64,000 bases of DNA, from positions 1,888,001 to 1,952,000 of the forward strand of contig OY730476.1 in NCBI GenBank assembly GCA_963422735.1, in the 5' to 3' direction. How positions within the stretch are numbered: position 1 is the first letter of the stretch; every line of letters starts with the position of its first letter. This DNA is from Candidatus Latescibacterota bacterium (lineage in GTDB: Bacteria > Latescibacterota > UBA2968 > UBA8231). This document shows, in pieces, positions 30,670 through 40,046 of the stretch. The translations under genes were made by a program, and so were the position numbers. The notes below the pieces were generated by a model. It saw nothing but the letters and a program-made list of their open reading frames with translations. It was not told the DNA's origin and did no database searches.

Positions 30670-31079
30670 GCAGGCCAAGTCTTCGACTCGGAGCGGCCTG
30701 GGGAAGTGGCGCAGCAAGTGGTGCCTGGAAATGCCACCTTTCGGCTGGATGGCGACCACCAGTTCTTGCAGCAGGTGGAAGTGCAACCGCAGGTGATCAC
30801 GCCCAATGGGACGGCATCAACGACCGGACGGAGATTGCATACACCTTGCTGAAAGTGGCGGGCGAAGGCCAGGTGGAGATCGAAATTTTCGCCCTGTCGG
30901 GTCGCCCGGTGCGGAGGCTCTACAGCGGTCGGGAACGCAGCGGGCACTACCTGCGGCCGTGGGACGGACGCGGTGATGATGGCTTAATGGTCACGCCGGG
31001 ATTGTATCTGTTCCAAGTGCGCTTGAACGCGGACCGAGGGATAACGAAGGACAGCGGTCTCATTGCGGTGGTTTACTGA
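30670..31079 (+). pseudogene. C-terminal FlgD Ig-like domain of a secreted protein (fragment)
   Basis: ITPNG/DGINDRTEIAY..VEIEIFALSGRPVRRL...WDGRGDDG..VTPGLYL...IAVVY, frameshifted, no N-terminus. Confidence 0.75.
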
Positions 31080-31130
31080 TTTTAGGGCCTGCACCAAGGA
31101 ATTACGAATTGCGAATTCGCAATTCCTACC

Positions 31131-31311
31131 TGACGTTCCGCAGTGCTTTGTCGCGGACGAACCAGTCCATGCGGGCGAAACCACGCTGGATGTCACGCCA
31201 AAGGCACGGTGAAGCCTGCTTCCGCAGGAAGGACGAGCCTTTAGGCGTAGACATCCAGTAGGGAGGCAGCGGGGCGAAACCACGCTTGGTGCGGTAAACT
31301 GCGTAACATCA
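31131..31311. mobile_element. Structured ~180 bp non-coding element (MITE-like or ncRNA)
   Basis: Terminal inverted repeats TGACGTTCCGCAGT / ACTGCGTAACATCA (12/14), internal direct repeat GGGCGAAACCACGCT x2, long internal hairpin 31186-31258. Confidence 0.55.
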
Positions 31312-31315
31312 CTTC

Positions 31316-31642
31316 CTAGTCGTAATAGCCGTATTCGCCCCGGGCTACGTATTCGTCCATCCGTTCTTGCGGCAAGGTCTCGACATCGTGGACGGGAAAC
31401 CCTTCCCCGGCGATTCGCTCAATATGGGGGCCGCGTCCGGCGCACTCGACCGGATACCCTCGCTCTTGCAGGACGCGAGCGAGCACGAGCGGGCGAATGG
31501 TGTGCGCCAAGCTGTACCCGTGAAAAAAGACGAGGATTTTCCGTTGGTCTCGCGCTAGCTGGTCCAGTTCCGTCCATCGACGGAGCCAACGATCCCAAAG
31601 CAGCAGGTGCTCAGAAAGTTTAGCTATAATAGAATGGAGCAT
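31316..31642 (-). pseudogene. Truncated N-terminal copy of the GT-B glycosyltransferase (cassette C)
   Basis: Near-identical to 46775-47112 (KILVFFHGYSLAHTIRPLVLA...); ends at EYGYYD*. Confidence 0.9.
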
Positions 31643-31658
31643 ATGCCCTCAATTTGAC

Positions 31659-32603
31659 CTACCGCGTCAGGGCGAATATGGGAATCGCTACTGGGTTGTC
31701 CCTAATGTGGACGATAATTTCACAATCGGTCTGGCCCGGTGGGAAGTCACTCTGGTTGCGTACTGCAACGACCAATCGCCGATCCGTCTCCCAGCGCCCA
31801 TCGAAAGCGAATGCGGGTGCTAAGCACTTCGATTGCACCCGGATCGGTGCCTGCGCCGCATCGGGTACAACGCGCACCGCGACCGTTTTCATTTGCCGTC
31901 GGTGAGGCTTGCCCATGCCAAAAGAAAGAGCGGACGGATCTACTTGGAACCGGTCTATAACCTTCCCTTCGACATGTACGATCTGTCGCAGTGTTTGGTC
32001 ATTCCCTACCAAATGGACTTCGACTAGGCCGTCTATGCGACTGCCCCAAGTCAACGCCTCATCTGTCCGAATCAACAACCCCGTACCCGCATCGGTAGGA
32101 TATGCCACGACGCCTTCACCCTGCACCGCAACCGAGTCGATCACGAGTGGCTGGTCGGCAATCTGAGCAAGCGATAGATGGCGCTCTAAAGGCAAGGTAG
32201 TGAAGTCTATTTCTCCTAAGTCTATTTCGGCGGGAAAGGGCGGCACGGCCTGTACTTGGAGATTCAGAGCCCACAGGGAATCCGCGCCGGCGATTTTGAC
32301 TGCGACTTGGCCCTTAAAGGAACCGGCGATATCCGCTGTATTTACATCGACCTTCAGATGATATCCTTCGCCGGCTTTCAGCACACCCTTGGGGAATTCG
32401 ACTCCGGTGCAGCCGCAGCCCGTCCGCACGTTTTCTATCTCGATATCAGTGGCGGGTTTGAACGCAATGGAGTGTGTGCTGTTTTGGCCGCTATACACCG
32501 AATCCAGTACCACCTCCGAGGGCAACTGAGCACCTATCGGGTAGGCGATCAACAAAAGCATGAGCAGGAACATAACCAACGCCTTTTGTTTCGGGTAAAG
32601 CAC
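31659..32603 (-). CDS. Secreted DUF1573-type Ig-like domain protein (cassette C)
   Basis: Signal peptide, IENVRTGCGCT motif, tandem beta-sandwich repeats (VDPSALSFG). Confidence 0.8.
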   Translation of the reverse strand: MLYPKQKALVMFLLMLLLIAYPIGAQLPSEVVLDSVYSGQNSTHSIAFKPATDIEIENVRTGCGCTGVEFPKGVLKAGEGYHLKVDVNTADIAGSFKGQVAVKIAGADSLWALNLQVQAVPPFPAEIDLGEIDFTTLPLERHLSLAQIADQPLVIDSVAVQGEGVVAYPTDAGTGLLIRTDEALTWGSRIDGLVEVHLVGNDQTLRQIVHVEGKVIDRFQVDPSALSFGMGKPHRRQMKTVAVRVVPDAAQAPIRVQSKCLAPAFAFDGRWETDRRLVVAVRNQSDFPPGQTDCEIIVHIRDNPVAIPIFALTR

Positions 32604-32608
32604 CTTTA

Positions 32609-34036
32609 CTAACCAACAATAGACGAGCGCAGCCAGACCCAGTACGCGGCCAGGTAGGTGAACACCGCAAAGAAGCCCAGCAAAACCAAATCGACGACAG
32701 CAGTGCTAGCTAACGCCGCTGCGGAGAGGTTTTCTGCAAACACCGGTATCTGCTCCAACTCTACCTTTTGCGTGGACAGTCCGTTCTCGACAAGCGGAAT
32801 ATGCAGACTACGCCCGTCCGCTCGGTCCATCGCCAAGAGCGTCTCCTCAAAACGTTGGGCATAACTCCTGACTTGATCGATGAAATGCCGATAGCGCGGT
32901 AGACCCGTACCCGCCATTGCCTCCATGGCGTATTGGTACGGCCCCATAGGAGAAAGCCGGACGATGTTCTGTGCTAAATTGACCTGTTGTATCCGTTGCC
33001 GCAGCAAGGCGTTTTCTATTTCTTGATGATGAGCACGCTCTGACCGCAATAGGCTTGAAAATTCTTTGAGAAATACGGGGTCGCGCAGATGACCTTTCGC
33101 CACCGCTTCCTTGCTTACTAATTCCGCGGCCTTTTGTCGAAGAGGACCGTATATGTTCACCTCCTGTATATCTTCATAGGATAGCTCGGCAATAGCCTTC
33201 CCCATCTGCGGCCACAGCAGGACCACGCTCACCCAGACGAAAAGCACCGTCGTCAGACTGCCCTGCCTACTCGAACTATGAGCCGATATCAGCAGCCCCA
33301 ACGCGGTACAGCCCGCCAGATAGACCACAGAGATCAAAACCATGATGGCGATACGCACCGCGTGAGCGACATTCAACGACAGGTCGGCGAGAACTAGGAC
33401 GATTAGCAGGTTCAGAGTGAGGCCGAGAAGTAGCACCCCGATCGAGACCATCATCGCGCCCCAGAACTTGCCCCACAGCAGCGTATGGCGCAGCAGGCTG
33501 TTGGCCATGACCAGCTTGAGGGTGCCGCTCTCCTTTTCGCCGACAATGGCGTCGTGGGTGAAAAGGAGGGCGGCCAAGCTCAGCAAGACGCCAACGATGA
33601 ATACCCAGTCAATGGTAATAAAGGTGGAGAGTAGCGGAACATCCTCTAACTCGTTAGGAAAAGATAGAATCCAAGGCCAGTAGAAACTGCAATCGAATCT
33701 AGCCCACATCCCGTGACGTCTCGCTACGGCATCTATGTTATCTGGTAGTTTATTGTCGGCGAAACCGGCGCAAAATGCCAATTCACTAGGTTGCTTATAG
33801 AGTAGCCCAAGGCCCTTGATTAGAAGCATCTGTAGGCTTGCCGCTCCATTAGTACGCAATGTTCGGTGTTGCTGGGTGACGTTTTCTATATAGGTATCTC
33901 GCTCTAGCTGATAAGTACTATGGACGAGGCCTAACGCGTTGAGCACCATCAAGCTAACGCACAATACCAGCGCCAGGCTGAACCGCAGGCTTTGGATATG
34001 CGCGACGAATTCCCGTTTGATAATAGTTATCAGCAT
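32609..34036 (-). CDS. ABC-2 type permease, subtype B (cassette C)
   Basis: IIKREF, AIVGEKESGTLKLVMAN..R..LLWGKF, ~6 TM segments with two large soluble loops. Confidence 0.88.
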   Translation of the reverse strand: MLITIIKREFVAHIQSLRFSLALVLCVSLMVLNALGLVHSTYQLERDTYIENVTQQHRTLRTNGAASLQMLLIKGLGLLYKQPSELAFCAGFADNKLPDNIDAVARRHGMWARFDCSFYWPWILSFPNELEDVPLLSTFITIDWVFIVGVLLSLAALLFTHDAIVGEKESGTLKLVMANSLLRHTLLWGKFWGAMMVSIGVLLLGLTLNLLIVLVLADLSLNVAHAVRIAIMVLISVVYLAGCTALGLLISAHSSSRQGSLTTVLFVWVSVVLLWPQMGKAIAELSYEDIQEVNIYGPLRQKAAELVSKEAVAKGHLRDPVFLKEFSSLLRSERAHHQEIENALLRQRIQQVNLAQNIVRLSPMGPYQYAMEAMAGTGLPRYRHFIDQVRSYAQRFEETLLAMDRADGRSLHIPLVENGLSTQKVELEQIPVFAENLSAAALASTAVVDLVLLGFFAVFTYLAAYWVWLRSSIVG

Positions 34037-34061
34037 GGTCTATTCCCCTCACCTGTTCTCC

Positions 34062-35585
34062 TCACCGAGTAACGTCATAGCGAGAAAAGAGCCCTATTAC
34101 GGCCAGCCATATTAGACCCGCATAGAGGAATAGAGGCAGGATGCTTGGCACAATTCTATCCAGCCGACGAGAAAGGGGTTCACGACGTTCCTCAAAGGCT
34201 GGCAGCGTGCGGGAGTCGAGGGTGCCTTTGTTATCCATAGCTTTGCCATCCTCGCCGATTATTTGCATCCCTTGTCCACTAAAAAAATCCTTGCTCCCGA
34301 ATGCGTCGTGTGCCCTTAGATACTCCAAGAGTTGCTTGCGGTACTGGCGAGCTTGATCGATGAAATCGTAAAAAACACCTGCATCCGTACCGGCCAAGCC
34401 GCCGGTAACCTCTAGATAGGCCCCTGCCGGCGTTATTCTTTGTAACTGCTCGTTTAAACGAATGAGCGACCGGGGTCGGTCTTCCCAAAGAGGGCCGCAG
34501 GCATTCCAAGCCTTTTGGGCATACTGAAGGCGTAAATTCTCCCCGGTTCTCAGAAGGCTTAGGAAGTTGGCTAGAGGAGCGTCCTCCTTAATCGGTCCGA
34601 TCGCAAAATGTGGGTTATTCCCAGGGCCCCCTGTCCCATACATATTACTGATCAAGTGTAGTGGGGGGTAGTCATCGCCCATCTCTGCCGTACGTACCAA
34701 TCCATCAACCCGTTGTTGGTATTCGCGCCACAACTCGTCTTGCACAGCCTCGGCTGTCTGGGCATCCGCCTGCCGATGGAATTGCTGATTGATGAAAAAA
34801 ATAATGCTGCTCGGCAGGACAATCACCAAAAAGGCCCAAGTGAATAGACCGTATATCAGGCTCGTCGAAGTGTTGTGTGTGTAGCACGAGATGGCCATGC
34901 CAATCAGGTAGAATATGGCTATGTAAAATAGGGATATCGCCCAAATCCCAATGAGACCCATCCAATCGTCCCCCGTAAGCCGGATGTGCTCGGAAGCGAG
35001 AAGAAAGATCGAGACACCGAGAAAACCCAAGAAGATCGGTATGTTGAGGAGTGTAATACCACTGAGGAACTTGCCCGTCGCGATCTGTACTCGGGACACA
35101 TTCATCGTCAACACCAGTGATAAGGTCCCTTTTTCTTTTTCGCCGGAGATAGATTCACACGCAAGGAGAACGGCTAGCAACGATAGAAAGACTTGGATGA
35201 CATGAACGACATCAAACGAACCTATTATGGCGAGTAAGGAATTGCCAGTAGTCGATAGGGTATGCTTGTCGGTAGCGTAGGGTATCTCATATATCCCAAT
35301 AGGGACTACGGAGCTCTTTTGCTCGGTGACGCCCCGGTCAAAGACTTCCAGCGGACTCGGAGTACGGACGACCTTGGTCCGCAATACGGCATATCCATCT
35401 ATTTTGCGAAATTCGTCGGCGATTTCTGCGACGATTCGATCTTTCTCTGCCCGTGCTTTTTCATGACTCGCTATTCGCAGCAGCCCGAGGACCCATATAA
35501 GCGACACTATAATCAGGGTACAGTAGATAAAGCGTCGGCTGATTAGCTGCTCTAGCAGTTCTTTCCTCCAGATGGCTTTTATCAT
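34062..35585 (-). CDS. ABC-2 type permease, subtype A (cassette C)
   Basis: IWRKEL, ESISGEKEKGTLSLVLT..SR..IATGKF, C-terminal FSRYDV. Confidence 0.88.
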   Translation of the reverse strand: MIKAIWRKELLEQLISRRFIYCTLIIVSLIWVLGLLRIASHEKARAEKDRIVAEIADEFRKIDGYAVLRTKVVRTPSPLEVFDRGVTEQKSSVVPIGIYEIPYATDKHTLSTTGNSLLAIIGSFDVVHVIQVFLSLLAVLLACESISGEKEKGTLSLVLTMNVSRVQIATGKFLSGITLLNIPIFLGFLGVSIFLLASEHIRLTGDDWMGLIGIWAISLFYIAIFYLIGMAISCYTHNTSTSLIYGLFTWAFLVIVLPSSIIFFINQQFHRQADAQTAEAVQDELWREYQQRVDGLVRTAEMGDDYPPLHLISNMYGTGGPGNNPHFAIGPIKEDAPLANFLSLLRTGENLRLQYAQKAWNACGPLWEDRPRSLIRLNEQLQRITPAGAYLEVTGGLAGTDAGVFYDFIDQARQYRKQLLEYLRAHDAFGSKDFFSGQGMQIIGEDGKAMDNKGTLDSRTLPAFEERREPLSRRLDRIVPSILPLFLYAGLIWLAVIGLFSRYDVTR

Positions 35586-35604
35586 GGTTCTATCTCAAAA
35601 CAAG

Positions 35605-35643
35605 AAAATAAAAAGGTGGGGGAACCCGAGGCTCACCCACCTT
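35605..35643 (-). terminator. Stem-loop plus U-tract after peptide gene P-C
   Basis: Minus strand AAGGTGGG-TGAGCCTCGGGTTCC-CCCACCTT-TTTATTTT. Confidence 0.7.
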
Positions 35644-35667
35644 CTTTGGAGCTATTGAGCGAACTCG

Positions 35668-35868
35668 CTACGGGCAAGAAATCGAGTAACCGCCTCCCTC
35701 TAGCGGCTTAAATATGCAATCACTGCCGTCGGGGCAATCATATTTGCAGAACTTATCCCCATTCGCCTTTATCACACAGCAGTCCTTGCCAGCCCAAGCT
35801 TGGACCGGCAAAAATTGCACGGCAAGACCAACGAGGCCGATGGCTATTTTCGATAATTCTCGCTTCAT
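35668..35868 (-). CDS. Small secreted 6-Cys peptide P-C (alternative GTG start at 35874)
   Basis: RBS GGGAGG; MKRELSKIAIGLVGLAVQFLPVQAWA|GKDCCVIKANGDKFCKYDCPDGSDCIFKPLEGGGYSISCP. Confidence 0.78.
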   Translation of the reverse strand: MKRELSKIAIGLVGLAVQFLPVQAWAGKDCCVIKANGDKFCKYDCPDGSDCIFKPLEGGGYSISCP

Positions 35869-35964
35869 CTTCACGATGTCCCTCCCTATCCTTAGAGTTT
35901 GGTTGGGTAAAAAACCATTCCTATCCAATATAGAAATGGGCTAATATAAATCTTCTCTTCTTTC

Positions 35965-36864
35965 TTAAAACTTATTAAATAAGTAGGATTCTGCTACGCT
36001 AGGGCTATAGAATACCTCTAGGTGGTGCCAGAGCTTCTTGTCTCGATCCCACATCAAACGAAAAAAAGACGGTGTGCGTCTTGTCGTCGTTGGGTCAAAC
36101 GCAGATTCGGACGGCTCTTCTACAATGAACATTATGTCCATACAGATGATCTTCTCTCCTGCTAGACGGGCGGGAAGTTGTTCTTTTAATTCCGTAGACA
36201 GAGAATACTTGATGAAGCCCGTAGGTAACATACCTCGGTCTTTTGCCAGACTGAAGAACGTTTGATCTCCTTTGTTTAGCTCAAATACCCTAAATTCGCT
36301 GTCGTGGAACGATACGTTTTCTATGAAGTACTCTTTGTTGAGAGAGAGAAGTATCGCTTTATGATCTGAACGAATTATGGATAGCGGGCTCTTTTCCATT
36401 AAAGCCGTCTCGACCTCCTCCCTAGTTCTTTCAACCATGTTCTCTATTTCCTCATCGTTTGAGCTTTGACTCCGGGCGTACTGTTGTTGGAATTCAGCCC
36501 AGTCTTCAGCCCATTCCATCTTTGTTCTCTTATATTTTTCCGCATCAAACCCCTCCCTCAGATAAAAGACTGCCGCCAAGCTATCATTGCCCGAATCGGA
36601 AAACGCAACTAGATACTGGCGCAACCAGTCTCTTAGACCCCGCTCTTGCTCCAAGTCTATAGCCGTTTCCAAGTTAATAGGTATAGCGTCGATTGCTTGG
36701 TCCAACTCCTCGCCTTCTTGAACCTTAATCATCTCTTGGCCGTTTATGTAGTTGTAAAACTCTTGGAAGTTTTCTCGGGTAAAGCCGCCATACCCCCCTT
36801 CTCGCGCTTGGCTAGGTGCTAATATAGCACTTATGCACGTAAGCGCACTCAACAGAATTTTCAT
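35965..36864 (-). CDS. Exported 'protein X' family member X-C (function unknown)
   Basis: Signal peptide (PSQA); shares YGGF, LRDWL..LVAFS..GNDSLAAVFYLR, VSF.DS.FRVF, FIVEEP and FFRLMWD..W.HLEV with three paralogs in the window. Confidence 0.82.
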   Translation of the reverse strand: MKILLSALTCISAILAPSQAREGGYGGFTRENFQEFYNYINGQEMIKVQEGEELDQAIDAIPINLETAIDLEQERGLRDWLRQYLVAFSDSGNDSLAAVFYLREGFDAEKYKRTKMEWAEDWAEFQQQYARSQSSNDEEIENMVERTREEVETALMEKSPLSIIRSDHKAILLSLNKEYFIENVSFHDSEFRVFELNKGDQTFFSLAKDRGMLPTGFIKYSLSTELKEQLPARLAGEKIICMDIMFIVEEPSESAFDPTTTRRTPSFFRLMWDRDKKLWHHLEVFYSPSVAESYLFNKF

Positions 36865-36935
36865 AGTAAACTCCACCTATTAAATAAAAGACAGATATTC
36901 TTTTGAGGCGGGGATCGAACCCCTCTACCTTAATA

Positions 36936-36962
36936 GACGGATGTAGGCAGCGAAAAGTTACA
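36936..36962 (-). promoter_or_regulatory. Candidate ECF sigma promoter upstream of X-C
   Basis: Minus strand TGTAAC-17 nt-CGTC (the AAC/CGT pattern of ECF promoters); conserved at 58542-58568. Confidence 0.65.
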
Positions 36963-37016
36963 GGGAGGGCAAAAAAGCTAAAAATGGGGTAGATTGCAGA
37001 GCACGAAAGAAATTGA

Positions 37017-37155
37017 GAAGCTGTCTAAAAACCCCCGTCGGGCCGCTTTGCGGGGCTATCGGTTTCCCGTCAAGAGTTTTTCGAGGGCGAGACGCCCTCG
37101 TTCCGAGGTTCTTTGACCCGTTTGAGGAACCGAACTTGGAATTTTCAACAGCGTC
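37017..37155. mobile_element. 139-bp MITE with a 3-bp TGA target-site duplication
   Basis: Absent from the paralogous site (~58620: AATTGAAGACATAG); flanked TGA...TGA; imperfect TIRs GAAGCTGTCTAAAAA / ATTTTCAACAGCGTC. Confidence 0.85.
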
Positions 37156-37172
37156 TGAAGACATAGATCGAT

Positions 37173-37640
37173 TTACTCCAAAAAGATGCGCAATTGCCTC
37201 CGTCCGCGGTGGAGATATACTTTGACCGTATTAAGGGGCATCATTAGCTCCCGACAGATATCCTTATAAGACAGCCCCCCAACGTCCCGCAGAAGGACAA
37301 GCGTTCGGTAGGGATCCTCCAACCGATTCAAGGCCGCTTTTAGGTACTGGGGCAAGTCTGTCTCGATAGCTTGGGCGTTCTGCCGGATCCGTTCGGAATC
37401 TTGAACACTGACTACCAAGCGATAGCTTTTCCGTCGGCGCAAGGCGTCCAAACAGGCATTGCGTGTCACCTGACGTATCCAAGCCTCCACATCTTTGAGG
37501 ACAATGGGGGAGCTATATTTCCACAGGCGGACCAGAACGTCTTGGACGACATCCTCGGTATCCTCGCGGTTGGCCATATATTCGTAGGCTAATGTGTAAA
37601 GGCTTCGTTGGTCTATTGGGCCGAGATGGGTGTTTTCCAT
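37173..37640 (-). CDS. ECF RNA polymerase sigma factor (cassette C)
   Basis: Region 2 DTEDVVQDVLVRLW..AWIRQVTRNACLD; region 4 LSYKDIC..LNTVKVYLHRGR. Confidence 0.92.
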   Translation of the reverse strand: MENTHLGPIDQRSLYTLAYEYMANREDTEDVVQDVLVRLWKYSSPIVLKDVEAWIRQVTRNACLDALRRRKSYRLVVSVQDSERIRQNAQAIETDLPQYLKAALNRLEDPYRTLVLLRDVGGLSYKDICRELMMPLNTVKVYLHRGRRQLRIFLE

Positions 37641-37755
37641 AGAGATACCCCTTTTCTTAGAAGTCACTGGGAGCACTCAGTAACGTAGCCGGCCAGTACA
37701 AGTTTTACCAAAAACCCTACAACGAAAGGCCGATAGAAGAATATGCCCAGCGGAC

Positions 37756-37784
37756 AGTATAGCCCCGACTTGACCTACATGCAA
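37756..37784 (-). promoter_or_regulatory. Candidate sigma-70 promoter of the ECF sigma gene
   Basis: TTGCAT-17 nt-TATACT; counterpart TTGTGT-17-TATACT at 59194-59222. Confidence 0.5.
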
Positions 37785-37904
37785 TGGCATCCGGGTGCTC
37801 CGAGTCGGCCGCCGGGTACTTGATGGCCGAGAGGCCGAGAGGTTGCCTTCGATGATTCGTACAAAGTGGAGGGGGCGTAGCTCAATCCACGCCCCCTCCT
37901 CCCC

Positions 37905-38627
37905 CTAGGCTGCTGGCAGGACGGGCCGTTCGACGTATTCGACGTAGAGTTGCTCCAAGTCGGCTTCTTGGAACTCGTCGCGGGTGAGCGTCTTGACCAG
38001 ATGGCCCTCGACCATGATGCCGAGCCGGTCGGCGATCACGCGTGCGCGGAACACGTCGTGGGTGGTCATCCAAATGGCCTTGCCTTCGTGGCGCAGCTCA
38101 TCCAACAGCTCCAAAAACTCGGCCCCAGACTTGGGATCGAGACCCGAGGTCGGCTCGTCGAGCAGCACGATGCGGGCGTCTTTGGCGATGGCAATGGCAA
38201 TGCCTAGCTTCTGGCGCATCCCCTTGGAAAACTCCTTGACCCGTCGGTCAAACGCCTCCTCTTGCAAGCCCACGCGTGCCATGATCGAGTCGTAGTGCGC
38301 GGCGTCTTGGGACGGCTGGCCGCTCAAGCGGGTGAAGAAATCCAAGTTCTGCCGGGCACTAAAGTTGCCGTAGAGCATGACGTTTTCCGAGACATAGGCC
38401 ACGTGCTTTTTGGCCTCTAAGGGCTGCTCGGTGATGTCGATGCCGCACAGCTTGACCGTGCCTTTTGTGGGTTCGGTAAAGCCCAACGCGACCATCAAGG
38501 TGGTGGTCTTGCCCGCGCCGTTGGCGCCGAGCATGGTGAAGACCTCGCCTTCGTGAATGGTCAGGTTGAGGTCGGTGACGGCTTTGACGTCCCCGTAGTG
38601 CTTGGAAAGTCCGATGATCTCCAACAT
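37905..38627 (-). CDS. ABC transporter ATP-binding protein
   Basis: Walker A GANGAGKTT, signature FSKGMRQ, Walker B IVLLDEP, H-loop TTHD. Confidence 0.96.
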   Translation of the reverse strand: MLEIIGLSKHYGDVKAVTDLNLTIHEGEVFTMLGANGAGKTTTLMVALGFTEPTKGTVKLCGIDITEQPLEAKKHVAYVSENVMLYGNFSARQNLDFFTRLSGQPSQDAAHYDSIMARVGLQEEAFDRRVKEFSKGMRQKLGIAIAIAKDARIVLLDEPTSGLDPKSGAEFLELLDELRHEGKAIWMTTHDVFRARVIADRLGIMVEGHLVKTLTRDEFQEADLEQLYVEYVERPVLPAA

Positions 38628-38651
38628 GAGGCGATCCTTTCGTGTGAGTGG

Positions 38652-40046
38652 TTAGGGGTTCGTGGTTTTGTACCACTCGCTTTGGAGTGCGCGGCCGAGT
38701 ATGCGCCGCAGCTCTTCGGCTGCGAGGATGTAGGCTAGGCGCTCGGCAAAATAGCTTTGCTCGGCGAGGTTGACGGCCACCCGCTGGCGGCGGAGGTCAT
38801 CGAAGTTGAGGTTGCCCATCGCGTTTTCAAATAGCTCTTCGACCGTGTCCAACCGCTGGCGGGCGACATCGGCGCGCCGGCGCAAAAGCTGGGTGTTTTC
38901 CCGCCGGCTTTGCAACTCGTAGAAGGCTTCGACCACTTCGAGTTCAATCAAGTGGCGGGTCTCGTCGCGGTCTTGGCGCAGTTCGGTAAGCCGCGCCCGT
39001 TCCTCGGCCGACTGCGCCAACCGCCGACCGCCTTGGAACAGCGGCAGCGACAGGTTGGCCATCACCCGCCAGCCCTCGCCCCTGGCCAGCGCGGGGTCTA
39101 AGCCCTGGCTGGCCAGCGACCGGCGACCGGAACCCACTACCGTCCACGTTTGGCCGTTGCCACTCCAGTGCAAGCCGAGGTCGGTGTCTTGGACCTTCTT
39201 GGTCAGTTGCAGGCCGACGTGGGGTAGCCACTGCCAGAACACCCGGCGCGCCTGCCGCCGCTGTTGGTCTATTTGCCAGCCGAGTTCGGCCAGATGCGGC
39301 CGGTTGGCACAGGCTTCCTCAATGAGGGCGGGCAAATCCGCTTCGCTGGGATCGAGGAGCTGGAGTTTTTCGTAGGGCGGACCGACGATCTCGATGGCGC
39401 GGAGCGAGCGTTTGCCCACCAGGCCGATCTGGGTGAATAGCTGCAGATGCAGGGTGCGCAGGGTGCGCTGGAGGTGGTTGATGCGCGTCTGCTCCTCCAA
39501 CACCTCTAGCTCGGCCTCGTGCCGTTCCACCGGCCGCGCCAAGCCCGCGTCGAGGCGCGTCTGCACCCGCTCCATTTTGGCGCGGAAGTAGGCGAGCAAC
39601 TCGTCGCGGCTGGCGATTTCGTCGCGGGTCAGCAGCAGGCGGTAATAGGCTTGGCGCACCTGGCTATCCACGGCGAGGATCGCCTCGCGGTAGCGCGCCT
39701 GGGCCGCCTGCTCCCGATGCTGGGCGGCCCAGCGCGATGAGGTGATGGCGCCGTAGCGCACCAACTCTTGCTGGGCTTGTAAGAACAGCTCGCGTTGCTC
39801 CGGTTCCGGCTCCGGCGCATCGGCGAATTCGCGGCGTTCGTACTCGGCGTTCAGGCCGAGGGTCGGAAGCTGGTCGGCGTAGTCGAGGCGGGTGCGGGCC
39901 GACATTTGGTTCCAGCGGGCACGCGCCGCGCCGAGTACCGGGCTGTGCTGGCCTGCGGCGCGCTGACACGTCGTTAAATCCCATTCCTCGGCATGGGCAA
40001 CCACCGCGACGCCGAGGACGGCCCAGACCCATCGATAGGCAGTCAT
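38652..40046 (-). CDS. TolC-like outer membrane efflux protein
   Basis: Signal peptide, two OEP-like halves (LPTLGL..VRQAYYRL; NLSLPLFQGG..VVEAFYEL); ATG overlaps the upstream stop (ATGA). Confidence 0.85.
   Translation of the reverse strand: MTAYRWVWAVLGVAVVAHAEEWDLTTCQRAAGQHSPVLGAARARWNQMSARTRLDYADQLPTLGLNAEYERREFADAPEPEPEQRELFLQAQQELVRYGAITSSRWAAQHREQAAQARYREAILAVDSQVRQAYYRLLLTRDEIASRDELLAYFRAKMERVQTRLDAGLARPVERHEAELEVLEEQTRINHLQRTLRTLHLQLFTQIGLVGKRSLRAIEIVGPPYEKLQLLDPSEADLPALIEEACANRPHLAELGWQIDQQRRQARRVFWQWLPHVGLQLTKKVQDTDLGLHWSGNGQTWTVVGSGRRSLASQGLDPALARGEGWRVMANLSLPLFQGGRRLAQSAEERARLTELRQDRDETRHLIELEVVEAFYELQSRRENTQLLRRRADVARQRLDTVEELFENAMGNLNFDDLRRQRVAVNLAEQSYFAERLAYILAAEELRRILGRALQSEWYKTTNP

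Noticed and set aside
36905-36930. tRNA T-arm-like GGGGTTCGATCCCC on the minus strand
   Set aside because: No acceptor, D or anticodon arms, and the T-stem is imperfect
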